The notes under the pieces are model-generated. The model saw only the letters and a program-made list of their open reading frames with translations. It ran no database searches and was not told the DNA's origin. Shown piece after piece: positions 28,906 to 43,976 of a stretch of DNA of 64,000 nt. A program made the translations under genes and the position numbers. Every line of letters starts with the position of its first letter. Positions within the stretch are counted from its first letter, which is position 1. The DNA is from Octopus vulgaris (taxonomy: Eukaryota), in NCBI GenBank assembly GCA_951406725.2, contig OX597827.1:65472001-65536000 (forward strand). The letters are read 5' to 3'.

Positions 28906-29355
28906 AATTATTCTATTACTTCTATTATTTCTACTATTCAATGTGACATAAGTACCGTTCTCGGTAACCCCAACATAAATCTGAAATACAAGATGCATTA
29001 CTATTAAAATCTGGAGTATTTCGCACTTCTATAATGATTATTTAAATCTGTTTACTGAGAGCCGTATATTAGCATGTAGGCATTCCTTATTGTGATATGA
29101 AGGGAAGACAGATACTCGAATCGCCATTGCATACTTCACAAAAAATATAAACTTCTCAAACCATTGCATTTATATCTCAGGCCTCCTGTAAAGTAAATCT
29201 CTTGCGCAAAATAATGTTTTGCTGTTGTAGATTGTGTGTTTATTTAGTTCGATATTATGTGAGATGAAACAGATATCTGTTGTAAATGGTTTGAAGATCT
29301 CGTTTTGTATTTACCGACCATAATTAACGGATAAACTTGCCTGCTGAATAAATGT

Positions 29356-29437
<82 letters not shown>

Positions 29438-30536
29438 TTACGTATATATATTTATATATATATAGATATTTATATATATATATATACATATGTATTCATG
29501 TGTATATATTATATAAAAATACGTTCACGACACTTGGATTTAAAAGTTAAAAAAAACAATAATAACAATATGATGCAACCTAGAAAGTATAAAATGTACG
29601 TATCTTTTTTTAACTACATCACACACGGGTATTTATTCTCATGTCAGATTATATTACAATATATTCTAATAGGAAGAGATTTGAGATTTACATTCTTTTA
29701 TAAAACCTAAACATAAAATGCCTGACTTCTATTCATATACAAAAACAGACAAGCAAAAAAACACTTAGTGATGCTTCGTTGCATACATACAGACATACAT
29801 AAAACATATTCAAACACACGTCGATGTTTATCCACATACAAATATACATATACCATACAAACAGACACAGAGACAAACAGACACAAACATATATAATGCA
29901 TATATACAGGTGTAATTAGGGGGTACGGTTCAGGTGATCAGCAGGCATCTTTATCGCTCGTTGGTATTATTTAGGGTATTTTTACCTGTTTGTATTGGGA
30001 AGGTAGAGGTTATCAGACAAGTAGGTCGTGTGACGATATGAAAATTTCTTTTAAGCTTTAGTGTTAAGCAAGTGTAAATTTTAATAGCGCTCATATTCCT
30101 CTCAAGAAATTTATTCTAGAAATTATTTGAATAATATTTAGAATTTTAACATTTGTATTTTAGGGTGGTGATACTTGTGTGGTATTCATTATATGAATAT
30201 CTTTTCTATTCTTTTTCAAGAGTAAGTATTGTATAACATATTAGTTTTTACTTTTCAATGTATTCAAAACTGAGAATTAGCAAAATATCTGCATCACGTT
30301 ATGTACAAAATATAGAATTAAAATTACATAAGGAGTTTCTAAGCCAGGTTATCTCTTTATTTTTAATGTACAGTATATGTACATATATGTTTACACACAG
30401 ATACATAAGTATATATATAATGTAAATAAGTATATATATATATATATGTGTGTGTGGGTGTGTGTGTGCGTGTCTACATATATGCATTTACATATATATA
30501 ATTCGTATATATACATATATATATATACACACACAC

Positions 30537-30575
<39 letters not shown>

Positions 30576-31771
30576 TATATGATATACTCCTGTATCTATT
30601 TTCTATACGCACGTATATACACAAGTTTACATAAATAATGGTACAAATATTTATCTCTAAATATATATATATGCATACATAAAAATAAGTATTTATGCAC
30701 ACACATATACATAAGTAGATCATATGCATGTCTACACAAAAGAGAGCATTTATCGATGTGCAGTTTAGTAAATACAATACTGTTCTATTTGACTACTAGT
30801 TATATCTGATTCTTCTTTTCTCGTAGTATTTAAGATTGCTTTGATCAAATTTTCTAACCTTTACTGCATATCAATTAAATAAGCACTTCTATATAAATCT
30901 CTATATAGATTTTCCACATGGAATTTATCTCGAAGAACCGATATGACTTGAACCATTTGTGCATCAATTTCTACGTTACACGAATCGGGAACAGGTTTTT
31001 GCTGATCCTAATTGACTCTACATTGAACTGACCAGCGGCTTTCTTTTCTAACAATATAATCTCATTTGTTATTTATCTGAATAGAATAGTTTCTATCTTC
31101 AGGAACATCACTTAGTCTTTATGCAATTATTTCTCTAGACATGTTCCATTCATGTGAATATATTAAATGTCCTTATATTGATGGTTGGGACCTTGGGAAA
31201 TCAGTTATCTTTTTATTCTCTAAACTTCTTATCATTAGGAATTCAAGTTTGACAAAATGATTGTTTCCGTATCTTAAGATGGTGCAATGGTATTTATCAG
31301 GCCAAAACAGTCTGTATTGTTTTCATTTGACATTTTCGGCAAATAATATATAGAACTGGTTCACAATGCACATTTGCATCCGATATGATAGCGAGCAGGG
31401 GCGGGGTCCGCTACCTACACATAGCGACGTGGCCAGTAGACAAGTCCCGGTTTCGGGTTATTAATGACAATCCACAGTACTGGACATGTCATCTGCTACA
31501 GATGATAGCAGCTCGATTCTGCACGCAATATATATATTTCAAGCGAACACACAGTCGCTGATTTTCCACCAAGCAATAATGCTACATCTAAAATCTGTCT
31601 AAGAGTTCGACGTAGTAGTTGTACTGACAAGTAATATTCGTAGCCACATGCGATTTTTTAAACCCAAGATATCTCCTCAACGATGATCATCTGCATCCGA
31701 TATGATTACTAGCAGGGGAGCGAAAAGCTACTATCTCCTAGAGACGGAGCCAGAAGGCCAGACCTGGTCTA

Positions 31772-31844
<73 letters not shown>

Positions 31845-31976
31845 GTACATACATACATACATACATACATACATACATACATACATGTATATATGTACAT
31901 ATATATATATATATATATATATACAGACACACACACACAAATGTGTTCAGTACTGAGGAGATAAATAAATAGTCCG

Positions 31977-32007
<31 letters not shown>

Positions 32008-32012
<5 letters not shown>

Positions 32013-32330
32013 TAATCCAAACGGGAAAACAGAAAAAACAACAACACGTGGAACAAGTACAGTATTATTATTATTAGGCGCTCAGGAAAATGGAAGAAGG
32101 AGGGTATGACGTTTCGAGCGGAGCTCTTCGTCGGAAACATAAGAGAAAGAAAGAAAGATCCCGAGACGGGAGGACAGAGGAAAAAAAAAAAAATTGCAGG
32201 TCGTCTTCACGAGGTCACATACTGAAAAGACGGAAGTAGTAAAAAAGGAGGAAAATGTTTTTTAAAAACAGGAGAGCTGAATCAATGAGGGAATGGTAAA
32301 AAAGGTGTTGCGAGATGACGGTGTGTGTGT
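32008..32330 (-). mobile_element. (TA)n-associated Penelope-pLTR-like repeat with hammerhead-like motif
   Basis: Second copy of the 9780-9955 family; minus strand gttt-CCGACGA-a-gagc-tcc-gctc-GAAA-c-GTC-atac at 32104-32138. Confidence 0.7.
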
Positions 32331-32339
32331 GTGTGTGTG

Positions 32340-32660
32340 CGTGTGTGTGTATGTGTGTGTATGGTGGACAATGGCTAGTAGCAAGCAGTAGTAGAATTAA
32401 AGGAGTGGGGTGGGGGTACCCTAGCAAGTCAGAAAGGCAGGTCAGAAGCAGGGAGGTATGTGTGTGTGCGTGTGTATGTATGTGTGAGTGTGTGCGTGTG
32501 TGTATGTGTGTGTATGGTGGACAATGGCTAGTAGCGGGCAGTAGTAGAATTAAAGGAGTAGTGTGGGGGTAACCTAGCAAGTCGGAAAGGCAGATCAGAA
32601 ACAGGGAGGTATGTGTGTGTGCGTGTGTATGTATGTGTGAGTGTGTGCGTGTGCGTGTGT
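32340..32660. repeat. Tandem duplication, ~153-bp unit x2
   Basis: ggtggacaatggctagtagc..agtagtagaattaaaggagt..cctagcaagtc.gaaaggcag at 32363 and 32516. Confidence 0.92.
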
Positions 32661-33054
32661 ATGTGTGTGTGAGGCGTGATAAAAAAACAGAAAATATGTA
32701 TATGTTAGTGCGTGCGGGGCGGGAAAGGGTGGGGGCGAATGTAACGTGGAGTGGTAGTGTGTGTATATGTCCAGCGTGCGTAGTTGTGTGTGTGGCAAGT
32801 AAATTTGAAGTGTGTGTAAGTGTAATGTGTATATATATGCAAATGTGTGTGTGAGTGGGTGTGTGTATGTGTGCGCGTGTGTGTACAAAAGGGGGGGGGG
32901 GGTTAAGGGAAAAAGAACTGCAGCGAAGGGGGGAGAGGAGGGGGAAGATGGAAGAGTGGTCCCGCGGCGACAGGCGTGGGAGAACCCAAAGACAACGCGC
33001 CGGCCCCAGATACGGACGGGAGATCCGGTCGGTCAACCATGAGCGTGGTGCAAG

Positions 33055-34060
33055 CGTGCGTGTATGCGTGCGCGGACGCGCACAAGCGAGCATGTGCGCG
33101 CGCCTGTGGTTGCGTGTGTGAGTATGTATGTGTGTGGATGTGTGAGTGTGTCTGTGTGTAAGTCTGAGTGTCAGTGTGTCCGATGAATGTATGTATGTGT
33201 GTGTGTATATGTGTGTGTATAGATGTATGTCCGTGTGTGTGTGTGTATGAGTGTGTATGTATGTACGTGTGTGTGTGTGGAAGTGTGTGTATGTGCATGT
33301 GTGTGCGCGTACATGCAGGTGTGTGAGTGAGTGTGTGTGTGTGTATGTGTGTGTGAGTGTGTATGTCTGTGTGTGTAGGATGCATGTATGTGTATGGGTG
33401 TATGTATGTGTGTGTGTATGTATGTATGTGTACGTGCGTGTGTGTGTGTGTGCATGTATGCGTACATGCGTGTAGGTGTGCACGTGTGCGTGCATGCATG
33501 CGTGTGCGTATGTGTGTGTGTGTGTGTGTGCATGTGTGTAGGTATATATGTATGTGCGTATATGTGTGTGTATGTGCGTACATGTGTGTGTGTGTGTATG
33601 CATGTGTGTGTATGTAGGTGTGTAGGCGTGTGTGTATAGGTGTATGTATGTAAGTATGTATGGGTGTGTCCGTGTATGTGTGTGTATGCATGTGTGTGTA
33701 TGTAGGTGTGTAGGCGTGTGTGTGTGTGTGCGTGTATGTGTGCGTGTGCGTGTATATGTCGGTGTGTGTGTATGTGAGTGTGAGTGTATGGGTGTTTGTC
33801 ATGCATGTGTGTGCGCGTGCAGGCGAGTGTGTGTGTAAGTATGTGTGTGTGTATGTATGTGTGAGTGTGTATGTGTGTATGTATGTGCGTATAGGAGTAT
33901 GTAAGTATGTGTGTGTATGTATATATATATATGCACACATATATAAGTATATATACATGTGGAAATATATACGTATGGATATATATATATACATTTCTAT
34001 GTATGTATATATATGTATATATATATAAATATTCATATATATGTACATATATATATATAT
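33055..34060. repeat. Degenerate (TG)n/(TATG)n field
   Basis: Direct observation; source of the 462/381/298-aa His/Thr ORFs. Confidence 0.95.
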
Positions 34061-34524
34061 AAAACACTTAATGGATGTTGTCTTAAAATCTAGATTTCTA
34101 TGCTACTTCCTTCCAGTTATTCCATTCTTTGTTTAGGATACGACCAAAGCATGTATAATACATGCATCAAAGAGAAAGCAACGTGAGCCACCCACTGCAA
34201 CGAAACTGGACGTGAGTTGAAACAAATATCTTCTACAAAAGTCTTAGGGTGATCAGTAGAGGTGGGGCCAATTGACACGCTGAAACTGCAAAAGTCCTGC
34301 CGTATAATTACGAACCTAACTGCAAATACATATGCGCAGAAGCTCATAAATGTAGCTACTAAAACCTTTTATTTCAGTCGGTTCAGTGGTTTGATAATCT
34401 TGGTCAACTTCATTAAACTGCTATAAGTTTTAATTGAATACTCTTTCAAATCATTAGCCACACACAGCCATACACGCGCGCAGGCTCATGCACACAGGCT
34501 CATGCACACAGGGCTAGTCGAAAG

Positions 34525-34757
34525 TTGGCACCTCAGGCAAGTGTCTTCTACTATAGTCTCGGGCTGACAAAAGCCTTGTGAGTGGATTTGGTAGACGGAA
34601 ACTGAAAGAAGCCCGTCGTATATATGTGTATATATATATGTCGATGTTTGTCCCCCCAACATCACTTGACAACCGATCCTGGTGTTTTTAAGCCTCCGTA
34701 ACTTAGTGATTCGGCAAAAGAGACCGATAGAATAAGTACTAGGCTTACAAAGAATGA
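34525..34757 (+). mobile_element. SINE family A, partial
   Basis: tggcacctcaggcaagtgtcttctactatag..gataagaataagtactaggcttacaaagaat-like segment. Confidence 0.88.
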
Positions 34758-34890
34758 GTAAGCGGAATTGTTTGAACTATTCCACAGGCAACATATCCTC
34801 AACATAATTCTCAGGAAAAATCTGTAACAGACCATGTGATAAACATGGCTATTTCAATTTCCCCTACAATAGTTTGACAAGCTTATGGTA

Positions 34891-35048
34891 AGCGTAGCAG
34901 TGGATGTGTGGTAAGTAGCACGGTTACCAACCACATGGTTCCGGGTTCATTCCAACTGCGTGGCAGCTTCGGCAAGTGTCTTCTACTATAGCCTCGGGCC
35001 GCCCGAAGTGTGTGGATGTGGTAGACGGAAACTGAAAGACGCCCGTCG

Positions 35049-35119
<71 letters not shown>

Positions 35120-35330
35120 ATGCTTGTGTGTCTGTTTTTGCCCCTCCCCCAACATTGTTTGACAACCGATGCTGGTGTGTTTACGATCCTAGCAGTTCGG
35201 CAAAAGAGACCGATAGAATAATTACTAGGCTTACAAAGAATAAGTCCTGTGGTCTATTTGGTCGACTAAAGGTGGTGCTCCAGCATGGCCGCAGTCAAAT
35301 GACTGAAACAAGTAAAAGAGAGTAAAAGAG
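34891..35330 (+). mobile_element. SINE family A
   Basis: Full-length: head, central TA/TG tract, tail gactgaaacaagtaaaagagagtaaaagag. Confidence 0.92.
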
Positions 35331-36558
35331 CAAATCATGCTATATATATAATGACGGAATTTAAATGACATATGAAGCAACATTAAACTAAGTGGAGATT
35401 CTTAAATAACAAATTTGTTTTGTCAAGTATTTATCTCTTTACCAATTTACGAAACACTGTTTTCCATATTCTATTGAAAATAAAAAACAAAAGTGATACA
35501 TAATGTAGATAACTGCTACGTCACATACACATATAATGGTAAACGCCTATTTAATGTAGCGATTTGCAGATATTCTAAATTTATTCCGCGCAGGCTGACA
35601 ATCAATTCCACACTGTAAAATCAAGAAGGCTATGAAACGTTTCATAAGATATGCAACAAAATAAGTACATCTCATCTTAATCTTCAGCCGACTGTATTTT
35701 TCGCCATTGGTGATCACGCAAAGAAATATCAAACTCTGTAATCTCGTATAAACATTCAGCCTTTATTTAATTACATGTAATACAATTTTACTGTACTTGT
35801 GGCTTGTAATTTTATTTTTTTCTTGTTTCCTTATATTCGTTTTGTTTACATTCCTTCTTACTCATTGTTTGTCGTGTTTTTGTTTCTTGATCAACTCTTA
35901 TCTAACATTCGATAAGTTAAATTGACTAATTATATTTACTAGTTTCTGATCAACCTTTGATGTTGAGCTTTTGAAATTTCTACGAAGTTTTATTCGCTTC
36001 TATTAACCTTTATCTCCTCCTCATTTATCTTCTATCAACTTCTCATCACTTCCTTCCTCACCGTCCATTACTTCCAGTTCTCTTTGTCTATTTACTAAAA
36101 CGGTCTTTAACCTTCTATCTTATTAATGCTACCAGTCATCTCGGAGAGACGCGTGTGTTAACAGTAGGAAATGTGATTAGCTATTCATGTTATCTTATCT
36201 TCTATTAGTTGATAATTTCACAAATTACTCTCCACCTTTACTGGAATTTCATGTCGTAGATGCAAATTCCGTTGAAACTAATGTTTTGTCGTTTCGGATA
36301 CCAAGATTGTTGAATATAAATATATGTAGCGCACAGTTTCGCATACATGCTGATTTTAATGCGTAGATGCATATACGTATGCGTGTATATATACAAATAA
36401 CTATACAAGAATGTATACAATATATATATATATATATATATATGCATGTATTTTACACAGATGTGCATAGATGCATACATATGTTCATGCACACCCAAAC
36501 AATTACATATAGGCAAATGCACACATATCGATATATGCACACGGCATGCATTTGTACT

Positions 36559-36601
<43 letters not shown>

Positions 36602-37031
36602 TCTTACATAGCCTCCAATACGTAAGTGTATATATCGTGTAATTGTTTATATAAATACACACACGAGTGTATTTATGTACTTGACGCAGTTGCTTGTGCA
36701 TTTCGGTGTGTGTACGTAAATTGTATTAAATCGCATACAAATATATGTGTAGGTTTTTCAGATAAATGATATATTTGAACAAAGGTATAAATATACACAT
36801 TGTGCTTTTGTGTATATCAGTCAACACAAAGGAGTGTGTAAACGCATTTAAAAGCGCATGCACACATCGCAACACGCTCACGCACATATACTTGTGGTTA
36901 AATATTTTCATACTCATAATGTAAACGCACATAAATGCATGCGTATATATATATATTGATATAGATATGTAGGTACATACATCTATATACATCTATATGT
37001 ACACAGATACATACATGTGTGTGTATATATA

Positions 37032-37076
<45 letters not shown>

Positions 37077-37078
<2 letters not shown>

Positions 37079-37505
37079 CGTTGTAGTGGCTGTGTGGCAA
37101 GTAATTTGCTTACCAGCCACATGGTTCCAAGTTCCATCCCACTACGTGCGACCTTGGGCAAGTGTCTTCTACTATAGCCTCAGGCCGACCTAATCCTTGT
37201 GAGTGGATTTGATAGACGGAAACTGACAGAAACCCGTCGTATATATGTTTATGTATATATGTATATATATGTATATACATACATGTGTGAATATGTTTAT
37301 GTGCCTGCGTTTTTCCTACCAACATTGCTTGACAACCGTTGCTGGTGTGTTTACGTCCCTGTAACATAGTGGTTCGGCAAAATATCCCGATAGAATATGT
37401 ACTAGGCTTACAAAGAATCAGTCCTGTGGTCAATTTGCTCGACTAAAGGCGTCGCTCCAGCATGGCCACAGTCAAATGACTGATAAGAGAGAGTAAAAAG
37501 AGAGA
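37077..37505 (+). mobile_element. SINE family A
   Basis: Full-length copy starting directly after a (TA)n tract. Confidence 0.92.
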
Positions 37506-37582
37506 TTATATACGTCTACATATACACAGATTTTTCCATATAGACTCCACATATCTATGCAAAACATACATATACATAGAAA

Positions 37583-37691
<109 letters not shown>

Positions 37692-38384
37692 TATATATAT
37701 ACATGCACAATCGAAGTACATTATGTGCCTGATTGTATGTATATGTACTTATCATCACCACTGCACGCCGTTCGCTTCCAACCGCTGAAGTCGGTTCGCG
37801 GGATCGATAGTGCTAATAATATAAATTGATTAAATCCTGACAGGTTTTCTCTCGTACCGAAAATGTTTACTCAATTCTTTGCCGTTCTATTTGATTCTTA
37901 TCTTCTAAATAGATTGATTGCATAAATCTCACCGGGAAAACGAATAATGAAATTAATTTCTTTACATTTTGGACTTCAGTTGAAGTTGCCTTCGTCGTCG
38001 TCATTGTTGTTGTTGTTTTTGGAACCGTTGTTGTTATTGTAATTTTTAGTATTGTAATTGTTTCTGCAGTTGTTGTTGTTCATCATTTGTTATATTTTAT
38101 TTTATAGTTTGTCATATTCACTTACTATGTAATGTTGTTATTGCTGTTGTTGTTGTTGATTTCTGTAGGTGAGTTACTAGTTGGTTATGGTACAACTGCA
38201 GATGATGATAACTTATTCTATTCAATGTTTATGAATCGTTTTAGTTGAGATGAATTTGGAATTTCTCTTCTGCTCATTCGGAACAAGGAGAATTGTTGGC
38301 TTTAGTTATCCGAGCAAGATTTCCCCAGACTTATAAAACTTATGAAATTCGATGTGATTGACGTTCAGCTTAACTATCGGCTGG

Positions 38385-38385
38385 T

Positions 38386-38450
<65 letters not shown>

Positions 38451-38759
38451 GTACATATGTATGGAAACACAGACACACACAGCCATACGTACATGTACAC
38501 ATACGCACGCACACATGCCCGCACACATGCACATACGCACGCATGTACAAGCATGTACACGCTCATAGGAACACACATGCACACACTCGCACAAACACAC
38601 ACACGAAGGCATACGTACATACACATATATGTTTAAGTAAGTTTGAATATATATATACATATATATATACATATATATATACACATGTATGTATGCATGT
38701 TTGTATGCATATAGGATGTATAAATCTGTATCCATCTATATATGTATACACATATATAA

Positions 38760-38834
<75 letters not shown>

Positions 38835-39032
38835 TGTATGTATATGTCTGCGTGTATCAGGAGTATCTTTGCTTAGTGGAGCGCGAAGCGCTCAATCGGA
38901 ATTTGATTGTACAGGGTTCGATTCAGTGTAGAGGTTTCGTAGCTGCTTTTATTTTTTTTTAACGGTGGTAAGGGACATCACCGCAGCTCTCGGGTTGGAA
39001 CTGGTTACGAAAACAATATGTATATCTATCTA

Positions 39033-39131
<99 letters not shown>

Positions 39132-39252
39132 GTTTGTTTGTTTATTTTTTCTTTCTTGCTTTCTTTCTTTCTTTCGTTCTTTCCTTTCTTTCTTTCTTGC
39201 TATCTATCTATCTTTCTATGTATGTATGTATGTATGTATGTATGTATCTATG

Positions 39253-39313
<61 letters not shown>

Positions 39314-39314
39314 G

Positions 39315-39372
<58 letters not shown>

Positions 39373-39385
39373 TGTGTGTGTATCT
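38385..39385. repeat. Compound microsatellite field (TA/CA/ATCT/TTTC/TATG/TG)
   Basis: Direct observation. Confidence 0.93.
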
Positions 39386-39532
39386 TTGTTAATTCTGTAG
39401 TTTTACTAAACACAAATATCTTATTTTCTTTATGCTGAATTTGTCTCGATGTTGATAGTCTATCCAGTTGCTGTTTGTTTTATGACGTTGTAGTTGTGAG
39501 TGGTGCTATTGTATTTCCATGTTTCTACACAG

Positions 39533-39681
39533 CGGGAAATCGGCTGCTACACCATCAGAATGTTGGATACCTTGTTTTGGTGATAATTGGTCCGGCTCCT
39601 TTTACTCTGATTTTCACATCCAGCCAAGGCCATCTTTGTCTAATCTATTCTATTGTCTCGATATATAAAACAGCACGCCTG
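39533..39681 (+). other. Candidate exon, coding status unresolved
   Basis: Acceptor tttccatgtttctacacag; donors CTG|gtatgt (39681) and AAG|gtaagt (39733); phase-2 reading GKSAATPSECWIPCFGDNWSGSFYSDFHIQPRPSLSNLFYCLDI*. Confidence 0.25.
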
Positions 39682-40019
39682 GTATGTATTTGCGAAAATC
39701 TTAAGAATTAGACTCAGCACCATAAAGCCTAAGGTAAGTTGCAGTTGTGTCTGTCGTGCGATCTAACCTGGCCTGTTATTACGGTAAACAAATAGTCACA
39801 TACTTTTTGTAGATATTATCACACATGCATTCTCACACACACACACACACGCACACACACATATATTAATATATCGCGTGATAGATCATGGGATGGAAGA
39901 ATGCGCTCTGTACCGTTTTAGTTTTAAAATGATCCCGCCCCGATGCAGAGCGGACCAATATTTACCCTGACCAGAAGGGTAATCTGTCGCAGGGATATCC
40001 GTTTACACCTTAATAGAAT

Positions 40020-40246
40020 ACTCTTTTACTCTTTTATTTGTTTCAGTTAACAGTTAACAGCGGCCATGCTAGAGCTCCGCCTTTAGTCGAGCAAATCGAC
40101 CCCAGGACTTTGGAAGCCTAGTACTTATTCTATCGGTCTCTTTTGCCGAACCGCTATGTTACGGGGACGTAAACACACCAGCATCGGTTGTCAACCGATG
40201 TTGGTGGAACAAACACAGACACACAAACACAGACACACACACACAA

Positions 40247-40277
<31 letters not shown>

Positions 40278-40426
40278 CATACATATATACGACAGGCTTC
40301 TTTCAGTTTCCAAATCAACCAAATCCACTCACAAGTCTTTGGTTGTCCAAGGTGCCACGCATTGGGAATGAATCCGGAACCATGTGGTTGGTAAGCAAGC
40401 TACTTATCACACAGCCATTCCTGCGC
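40020..40426 (-). mobile_element. SINE family A
   Basis: Reverse-complement copy with small internal deletions. Confidence 0.9.
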
Positions 40427-41015
40427 TTGTGGTGTAATATGAAATGAAGTGTTTTGATGAATAACGCAACGGACTTGAAACCACGATTTAGCAACAGTGA
40501 GTGCAACACACTAACCACACACACACACACACACATACAAACACACGCGTACGCACGCACACACAATGATATATACATTTTTATGTAAACAACGGTAGAT
40601 TCTTTGTTTTAATCAAGCGATAGGCTGGCTGTTATGCGATATCGGAATTCAACTCCGTGTTAGCAGATCTATGGCACCTGACTTGTAGATTAAGCTGTTT
40701 TTGTTTACCTGCATGTGAAGGCTGATTGTGAACACCTGCCATCGAACAGATTCCAATCATGCTTATTGAAATTGTATCTCCTTCTAAATGGTAGAGTGCA
40801 ATTTTATTGAAATTTTTCTGCTATATTTCCTTTCACGACTAGCGATCAAGTAGAGGGTCACTCGCCTGCTTATTGATGTAAACTACATTATTCTCATTTA
40901 TCTTGGTTATTCTTTTGTGCTTGAATGAATGGATCTACTCTTAAAAACAATGCAGGCTTGACTACAACATATATTTCAAACAGTTAAGTCCGCTATAGTT
41001 TTCCTTTATAACTGA

Positions 41016-41412
41016 CTAGCAGTATCGCCCGGCGTTGCTCGGGTTTGTAGGGAAATAACTATATAAGCATTTTTAGAGAGTTATAGCCAATAAATAGCAA
41101 AATATGCATTAAAAATGGAAAAAAAATGATGGTAAATTATTTTTTAAATCGTTGACCCGTCGTAGACATTTTTAGAGAGTTACTTCCCTTATATAATAGC
41201 GAAGAAAATGCATTAAAATGGAAAAAAATGATGGTAATTTTTTTTTTAAATCGTAGACTCATCGTAGACGCGCGCTAATACCCAGAAGGGCTCGATATGA
41301 ATCACGACTATAAGATACCCGGTTTTGGTTAAACTGCACCACAGAATGTGGGAGTAGTTAGGAATGTAAATCGTAGGAGACAGACACACAACTTGACTTT
41401 TATATATAAAGA
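41016..41412 (-). mobile_element. Non-autonomous Helitron (~400 bp)
   Basis: Minus strand TC...CTAG in an A|T site; subterminal hairpin cccggcgttgctcggg; internal ~100-bp tandem duplication (catttttagagagtta..atgatggtaa); no ORF. Confidence 0.88.
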
Positions 41413-41974
41413 TATTTAATCATTCTTTAATGCTGGCCCGATGGGATTTAAAGAGAATTTGGCTGCTCTGAACAACATGTAAAGTGACCACAGAGACATT
41501 CCCTTTGAAATATATAATAAACTTGGATTAAATATTAAGAAGATAGAACAGAATATTATTATCCACGTTAATTTGTCGTTTATTTGTAGGCACCAAAATG
41601 GCAACAGATTTTTCTTAAGAATCGAAATATTAAAGAAGAATAGTTTTGTTAAATGTAATGTAACAAACTGAATTATATAACAGACAAGTATTTTATCTGT
41701 TCTTAAGGGAAACAAAATAGTTTTCATCCTCAAGCGGTTTTATAGTTAAAACGAAAATGCTGCGTTAAATACCGCATTGCGTTTAATGTTAGTAGTTTCT
41801 TCTCTCGCGGTTGCAGCCACGACAAAATTAATGGTCCTTCCCCACAATAATGCAACTCACTTTTCAATCTAATGCGTGGCATCTTCAGTTTCTTTTACTA
41901 TCGCTACGTTTCGGACAAACCCACATGAATGAAATTGGGTACTAGGAATTGTGTGGAGACACATCTTATTGATA

Positions 41975-42275
41975 TTGGTTCTAAGTCTTTGCACTAGGCC
42001 AGTAGTTTCAAGGATTGTGCTAAGTCGATTACATCGACCACAGCGCTCATTTTATGCTTATGTTATTGACTGCCGGAAGGATGCAATGCATACTAGTCAA
42101 CCTTGGCGGAATTTTAGCACAAAGCCCGCAGGCAGACAAAATGAAGCTAAGAATTTTACCCGGCGTCCTAACCATTCCTATTTCTTTATTGCCCACAAGG
42201 GGCTAAAGATAGAGGGCGCAAGCAAGGACAGACAAAGGCATTAAGTCGATTAAATCAACCCCACTACGCAACTTG
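41975..42275 (-). mobile_element. Degenerate SINE family B pieces
   Basis: taagtcgattacatcgacc..., tttctttattgcccacaaggggctaaa..aaggacagacaaagg.attaagtcgatt match family B reversed. Confidence 0.7.
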
Positions 42276-42655
42276 TTTTTGATGTTGTGTCCAGCCATGT
42301 TGTTTGTAGTAACTCTCTGCATGATAAATTCAAGTTTCGGTCGAAAATCACTATGATCGTGAATAAAAGGCTCCGTCAGTTAATTCATCTGAAGATTAAC
42401 CAGTTATTTAACAAGGCTGATAGTTGTGGTTCCAAAGTTGGAGACAGTATTCATCGTATTTACGATAAATAGCCTCCCACGCCAAATACGCTACTTGTCG
42501 CTTCGGTGTGTATGTATGTATGTATGTATGTATGTATGTATGTATGTATGTATGTATGTATGTATGTATGTATGTATGTGTATGTATGTATGTATGTATG
42601 TATGTATGTATGTATGTTTGTGTATGTATGTATGCATATATGTATATCTGTATGC

Positions 42656-42714
<59 letters not shown>

Positions 42715-42717
<3 letters not shown>

Positions 42718-42834
42718 TATGTAAAAAAATACAAACTGGGACAGGAATGCAAAACATTTAGAAGACGATACAAAAAACACAGACGGAAGCCTTCAATCTT
42801 CAGTCAAGAACCGGATCATCTTCGCAATTTCGGC

Positions 42835-42836
<2 letters not shown>
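42715..42836 (-). mobile_element. (TA)n-embedded short repeat, second copy at 63320-63450
   Basis: aaaatacaaactgggaca.gaa..tcttcagtcaagaaccggatcatc.tcgcaatttcggct is the reverse complement of the 63320-63445 segment. Confidence 0.8.
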
Positions 42837-42869
<33 letters not shown>

Positions 42870-43750
42870 TTATGTACGTATCTATGTATGTATGTATGTA
42901 TGTATGTGTGTTTGTGTGTGTGTCTGTCTTGAATTTATATTTTCATTATCTCATACAGCAGTGACCAAATCGCCACATATGAATTAGAAGAAAACAAATG
43001 CTTTAAAATTGGCATGATTCAAAATTTATTTACCTTGCAGTCTTTATGCCGGATGAATACACTGGATAAATTACTACTGAATCTAATATTGCTTGCAGAA
43101 AACTAGACGAGATACTTACGGCATTTATGGCGATTCAGCGCTAAATATTCGACATCATATAGATGTATAGAAATACATGTTGCTTCATGTTTGTGATGAA
43201 GAATTCAGGTAGCACATTGTCATTTGTTGCTGTGTTCGATCAATTTCCGCCATTTATATCGTAATACAGATACAATTAAATATCTGGCTGCCATCTGTGA
43301 GTTTAAATGTTCCTTATTATTTAGAATAATATACCAATACTGATATTCAATTAATATACAAGTATTGTTATTATATACCACTCCAATATATGAAGTAATT
43401 ATCCTAGCAAATCAGTTGTTGAGAGTCTGGTGCGTCGTTTATTATCTAATTCAGAGAAATAATTATTTAGTCTCTTGTAATATATGAGTAATTGAATAAA
43501 CAGTTATTACTGGATATCATTTTAATGTTATCGTTATTATATTTAGGCTTTCTTCATATGTTTCTGAATACGAATTAATATCTTAAATTATCCCGAAATA
43601 CATAGGATTTATAAAATATGGGAAAATGCATTGAGATATTTCAATTTTGAAATTCGTAAAATGAATATTACGTAAAACAGGAAGATAAGTCTGATGATCA
43701 GACTGTCACTGACTGATTCTGCAATGGCCCAAGGTGACTGAGCTCTGGGC

Positions 43751-43976
43751 TTATGTCGAACACCCGCTGTCGCATTCGAGAAGAGTACAGCTGTCGAGCG
43801 AATCTCTAATTAAGGTTGTTCCGCCGACCTCCCTGAATAGGGAGGAGCGAGCCTGTTTTCTTTCGTTAGTTGTTGTTGCGAAAGAAGTAGTATAGAAGTT
43901 GAGAGTGGAAGGAATTGCAACAGGCATGTTCATCTCCAGTCTCGAGCTAATCGACTTTTTCGTTTTCCACATGAAT
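43751..43976 (-). CDS. Candidate terminal coding exon of an unidentified gene
   Basis: Acceptor tttcttctccagcgttattttcag; open phase-2 frame FMWKTKKSISSRLEMNMPVAIPSTLNFYTTSFATTTNERKQARSSLFREVGGTTLIRDSLDSCTLLECDSGCST*; non-repetitive and GC-elevated; no family recognised. Confidence 0.35.
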
